A DNA stretch of 64,000 nt from an uncultured Eubacteriales bacterium. GTDB taxonomy: Bacteria > Acidobacteriota > Aminicenantia > Aminicenantales > Aminicenantaceae. A program made the position numbers and the translations under genes. Of this stretch, positions 60,407 through 64,000 are shown piece after piece (within the stretch, counting starts at the first letter, position 1; the number at the start of each line of letters is the position of its first letter). The notes under the pieces are model-generated. The model had not been told where the DNA came from. It saw nothing but the letters and a program-made list of their open reading frames with translations, and searched no databases. The stretch spans positions 7,897 through 71,896 of the forward strand of contig CAZYBE010000011.1 of NCBI GenBank assembly GCA_964645765.1, in the 5' to 3' direction.

Positions 60407-61138
60407 TTATGTATTTTCCTCGGCATTGAATTTATAGCCAACTCCTCTTACAGTCTGGATGTATCTCCTGGCCTTCCCGAGCTTTTTCCGGAGTCCGGTA
60501 ATATGGTAGTCGACGACGCGCTCGGTGATCGGGTAGCCGTCCTCTCGCACGTGGTCGAGGATTCGGGAGCGGGTAAAGACATAATTGGGTTTGCTCGCCA
60601 TCAAGACAAGGATATCGAATTCCGTTTTGGAGAGGCCGATCTTTCTGCCGCTGAGTAGGACCTCGTAGGCTTCCCGATTGATCACCAAATCGTCGATTTC
60701 CAGAATTGTCTTTTCTTTTTCGGCTGAATCAAATTTCCTGCGCAACTGGGCGTGGATGCGGGCCAGGAGGATTTCCGGCTCAAAGGGCTTGGTAATGTAA
60801 TCGTCGGCGTAGTCTTTAAGGCCGAGCACAATATCTTCAACCTGCTTTTTGGCTGTCACTATGATGACCAGGATGTCAGCGGTCGAGGGGTCCTTCTTGA
60901 GGATACTCGAAACCTTATAGCCGTCTATTCCCGGCAGGATCAGGTCCAACAGAATAAGGTCCGGCCTCTCTCTCCTTGCCAGTTCTAATGCCTCTTCTCC
61001 TGTCTGGGCGCAAAGAACTTGATATCCCTCTTTCCAAAGGATAAAAGAGAGGCTTTTCTGAAGGTTGATATCATCCTCAACGCACAAAATCTTGGCTTTG
61101 GGTCGAGTGTCTCCGGGTGATGATTTCATGCTGCACAC
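60407..61138 (-). CDS. Orphan OmpR/PhoB-family response regulator
   Basis: VEDD, LILLDLILPGIDG, ADDYITKPF, ERVVDYHITGLRKKLG, TVRGVGYKF. Confidence 0.9.
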   Translation of the reverse strand: MCSMKSSPGDTRPKAKILCVEDDINLQKSLSFILWKEGYQVLCAQTGEEALELARRERPDLILLDLILPGIDGYKVSSILKKDPSTADILVIIVTAKKQVEDIVLGLKDYADDYITKPFEPEILLARIHAQLRRKFDSAEKEKTILEIDDLVINREAYEVLLSGRKIGLSKTEFDILVLMASKPNYVFTRSRILDHVREDGYPITERVVDYHITGLRKKLGKARRYIQTVRGVGYKFNAEENT

Positions 61139-61224
61139 TTTTCAGAAATCCTCATTTTAATAAAAATCAAACAAAAAGCAAATAAAATCAAAATAGTTAG
61201 AAGAATCCGCGAATCCATATTATA

Positions 61225-61380
61225 AGTGGGCTCAGGCTGGGTGTCTCGAAAACCGTTTGAAGGCTGAGCGGGCATGGTTCCTCGACCAAAGGGAGAGGAG
61301 AGCGAAGCCTGAAACCGAGCCGCTTTTGACTCGCTGGGGCAAAAGCGGCGTGTTTTCGAGACACCCAGCCTGAGCCCACT
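61225..61380. mobile_element. 156-bp MITE-like element with a perfect 29-bp terminal inverted repeat
   Basis: agtgggctcaggctgggtgtctcgaaaac (61225-61253) / exact reverse complement at 61352-61380; internal hairpin cgcttttg...caaaagcg. Confidence 0.75.
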
Positions 61381-61392
61381 CACGGAAGGACC

Positions 61393-62838
61393 TCATCTCT
61401 TCGACTCTCTTTGTTCGTAAGCCTCGATCCATTTTTCGACGATTTGAGCCAGAGTCTGGCACAGCTGAGGTCCGCTGCCGTGGATAGGACGCAACTCTTC
61501 GGCAAGCTCTGGATAGCCTTTGCAGTCCAGCCAGGACGAGACGATATCATTGTCGGAGTACGGCTGAATTTTCTCGGTGCTCAGGGTCTGAAGAGTGGCG
61601 TAGAGATCATGCAGGTTGAATATTTTCTCTCCATTGATAATCAAAGGCGTCCTCTCCATTCGAGCGATTTCGACCTGAAAATGCCTCTTCAACTGAGTAA
61701 TGAGTTTCTGGCCCCGGCCCCTTTTGGGACGCAATCGATCGCCGAGCTCCGGGTAGCTGTGCATGTAGAGCCAGGTCGAGAACTTATCTTTCTCCCCATA
61801 GCTCTCCAGTATCTCCCGAAGCTTCAGTCCATGCTCGGTGTCCTTCTCGGCTTCCAAGAGGATGTTGCAAATGTCGTAGATATCTTTAGCGCGGTGCATT
61901 TCACGTCCATCCTTATCATGGATGAGAAAATCTCCCAGCCCTGTAAGGTTGAGAATATAATCCTTGAGCTTCTGCAGACTGTCTTGGTCGCCTTTGGGCA
62001 GGATGAAACCAAGGTCCTTGAGTTCAAAAGCTTCTTTTGCTTTGGAAGCAATGATCACAGGGATACGAGGATAATAAATGTTGACAAGGCGGATGAGGTC
62101 ACGGCCTGCCCTGCTCTGAAGGTCATCGCCTCTGGGAAAAAAGATATCGGCGATGAGACAGACAACATCGTCTCCGTGCCCCTGCGAGAGATAGTCCTTT
62201 TTTCTGACCTGAGACTCATCTTCAACCCCAAAGAGGAACTCGAGACTCTCCTCATAAGTGCGGGTAATCATGATGTCCGCCCGCTGACCGATGATCGTGT
62301 AGAGGACTGGGAGGAATTGAGAGAACCAGCGCGGCTCGTCATCGACCACATGGAAAATAAACCGCCGCACTCTTGAATATTTCTTGATATTGAGCAAATC
62401 TTCCGCCGCCCTGACGACCGATGGAATAATGCTCCTGGGAGCAAATTCATTCTTGTTGACCGCAAAGACAAGGTCGGCATTGGCTGTGTAGGGATACTTT
62501 TGTCTTGCAGCCTGAGGAGGCGAGCATTGAATGAAGGCTTGAGAGGAAAGAAGGACAAGGACCGCGTTACTGTTCTGCTTGCGGACTTTTCCGGCGTCAA
62601 GAATCGCCAACCCCGTGTCATCGAACAGGAATACAGAGGCCTCATCGGACGCGGCCATCATCACCGACTGAGGGTCAGAGAGAATTTCTGTCCCCAGCCA
62701 AGGCATGTTCTCTTCCAAGAGTTCTGCGGACTCCCGGAGCCGGGCGTCGGCGGCAAAAAGGACCGCCCGTTTTATCTTGACGGGGTTGATGACTCGGGGA
62801 ATGAACGGATATTCTCGAGGACGGCTTGAGCTAGTCAT
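61393..62838 (-). CDS. Stand-alone protein with tandem receiver-like domains and two helical repeats
   Basis: FHVVDDEP, RTYEES, CLIADIFFP...AG.DL, IPVIIAS; repeats FSTWLYMHSYPELGDRLRP and VSSWLDCKGYPELAEELRP. Confidence 0.7.
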   Translation of the reverse strand: MTSSSRPREYPFIPRVINPVKIKRAVLFAADARLRESAELLEENMPWLGTEILSDPQSVMMAASDEASVFLFDDTGLAILDAGKVRKQNSNAVLVLLSSQAFIQCSPPQAARQKYPYTANADLVFAVNKNEFAPRSIIPSVVRAAEDLLNIKKYSRVRRFIFHVVDDEPRWFSQFLPVLYTIIGQRADIMITRTYEESLEFLFGVEDESQVRKKDYLSQGHGDDVVCLIADIFFPRGDDLQSRAGRDLIRLVNIYYPRIPVIIASKAKEAFELKDLGFILPKGDQDSLQKLKDYILNLTGLGDFLIHDKDGREMHRAKDIYDICNILLEAEKDTEHGLKLREILESYGEKDKFSTWLYMHSYPELGDRLRPKRGRGQKLITQLKRHFQVEIARMERTPLIINGEKIFNLHDLYATLQTLSTEKIQPYSDNDIVSSWLDCKGYPELAEELRPIHGSGPQLCQTLAQIVEKWIEAYEQRESKR

Positions 62839-64000
62839 TCTCTAATACAACCTGGCAGCGCTGGTTGAGAGAATCGGCGTAAACCGTGACCGGGCTGGGA
62901 AAAGTCAAGACAGAAGGTATAGAATCAGGCTGGGGACAAGAAAAGAACCAAGGGTCAAAGGTGTCTTGCATGGGCATGACATAGCCATAAACGATGTTGT
63001 TGCATATCAGGTTGGTCAAGAAATGCGTGCCCTGGGTTCCATACATTCTCGTCTGCAGCCTTTTTTGGTCTTCATCAAAGCCTCCCTGGATCATATAGAG
63101 AAAATGGCTGCCGTAAACACCTCCTGTCAGGCTCTCTTCCTCCGCTAAAGGCTCTGACCGGCCAGCGATGTCCACCCCGTATTCGAAAATCGCCGCCGCC
63201 TGGTCAACGGACCTGTAGTCAATAGAAATGCCCCAATCCGGGTTCCTGCTGCCGAGACGACCTGGAACGACCATGATATATTTCTCTCCACGCCTCTCCA
63301 TCTCCTCGTTGACCTGGGCCATCTTTTTCCTGACCGCTGCCAACATTTCTTTTGTATAAACAAAAGGGGAGACAACGACCGCAAACTTGATGTTCTTTTT
63401 GACCCCATGACCCTGGGCATTATTGATCGAAAGGTAGGTATGCCGACAATGCTCGGGGACCTGGATGGAGTCAAACCTGAGCTCGGGAAGCTGGGTGAGT
63501 TGGACGATATGAAAGGTTCCTTCTCTTTTATCTTTCCTGGAAAAGTCAAGGTTGAAGACGAACTCGATCTGAAAATGGGAAGAGACGCGGGAGGCGATCG
63601 TCTCCATAATTTCGACAAGAGCAGTCTTGAAGTCGAAGTGGTTGTTCTGGACGAGCTCTTCTATGGTGATCAGGTCGTTCTTGACTCCCAAAAGCCTGAT
63701 TTTATGAAAATTGGCAAACTGCACGTGGAGCTTCCTCATCGTCTCCAGCTCTTCTCCCTTGAGCTCCCTATTCCTCGTCAGGTCCAGAGCGTAAAAATAC
63801 TGCTGGCCTCTTCCAATCCTCAGCAACTGAAGAGGGATAGGGTTGCGTATAGTAGCCATGGAAATGACGGGAAAATCGTCCAAGACTGTGGCATAGCCGT
63901 GCCCGAATGCGATCCGCGCAAACCCTTCCCTGGGGTCCTGGTTTTTGAGGGCATGGGGAAAAAAGGAATTGGCAACTCCAGAAATGTAGGGATAATAAAC
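62831..64000 (-). CDS. PEP-synthase-N-like ATP-grasp paralog 3, 5'-truncated by the window edge and degenerate
   Basis: Frame stays open to 64000 (VYYPYISGVANS...GFARIAFGHG); VPGRLGSR and GTHFL match the other two paralogs; LQxRP replaced by VQLTQ. Confidence 0.75.
   Translation of the reverse strand, partial: VYYPYISGVANSFFPHALKNQDPREGFARIAFGHGYATVLDDFPVISMATIRNPIPLQLLRIGRGQQYFYALDLTRNRELKGEELETMRKLHVQFANFHKIRLLGVKNDLITIEELVQNNHFDFKTALVEIMETIASRVSSHFQIEFVFNLDFSRKDKREGTFHIVQLTQLPELRFDSIQVPEHCRHTYLSINNAQGHGVKKNIKFAVVVSPFVYTKEMLAAVRKKMAQVNEEMERRGEKYIMVVPGRLGSRNPDWGISIDYRSVDQAAAIFEYGVDIAGRSEPLAEEESLTGGVYGSHFLYMIQGGFDEDQKRLQTRMYGTQGTHFLTNLICNNIVYGYVMPMQDTFDPWFFSCPQPDSIPSVLTFPSPVTVYADSLNQRCQVVLEND

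Overview
Bacterial chromosomal window of roughly mid-40s % GC by eye. Gene style suggests an uncultured diderm anaerobe, possibly Aminicenantes-like; this is unverified. Four blocks. (1) 1-16.3 kb: sugar and amino-acid scavenging genes (Tat-type aldo/keto reductase, GH20 hexosaminidase, SSS symporter plus galK, NSS and APC transporters, an Asp-box propeller protein, a TonB-type protein), with small palindromic elements and a 161-bp direct repeat bracketing a lipoprotein gene. (2) 16.4-43.8 kb: five tandem minus-strand modules, each a TPR-like sensor kinase, an OmpR-family regulator and a secreted TPR + TolB/PD40 propeller protein. In four modules the kinase and propeller promoters share a module-specific direct-repeat box; module 5 is weaker. 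A RelE-type TA pair sits between modules 3 and 4. (3) 43.9-48.7 kb: tRNA-Val(CAC) followed by two integrase-less mini-islands, each closed by a copy of the tRNA 3' half (cargo: AbiEi/AbiEii, and an AAA+ ATPase/nuclease-like protein), plus a third left-end-like sequence. (4) 48.7-64 kb: phosphoesterases, a LOG protein, canonical gdhA, a divergent second GDH lacking the catalytic Lys and Asp, and three PEP-synthase-N-like ATP-grasp paralogs with no phospho-His domain. One paralog is fused to GAF-like and nucleotidyltransferase domains; one is degenerate and sits beside a stand-alone tandem-receiver protein. Best candidates for undescribed systems: the five-module three-component signalling array, and the pseudo-GDH / ATP-grasp / NTase locus. 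All product calls are from motif recognition only; no database searches were run.
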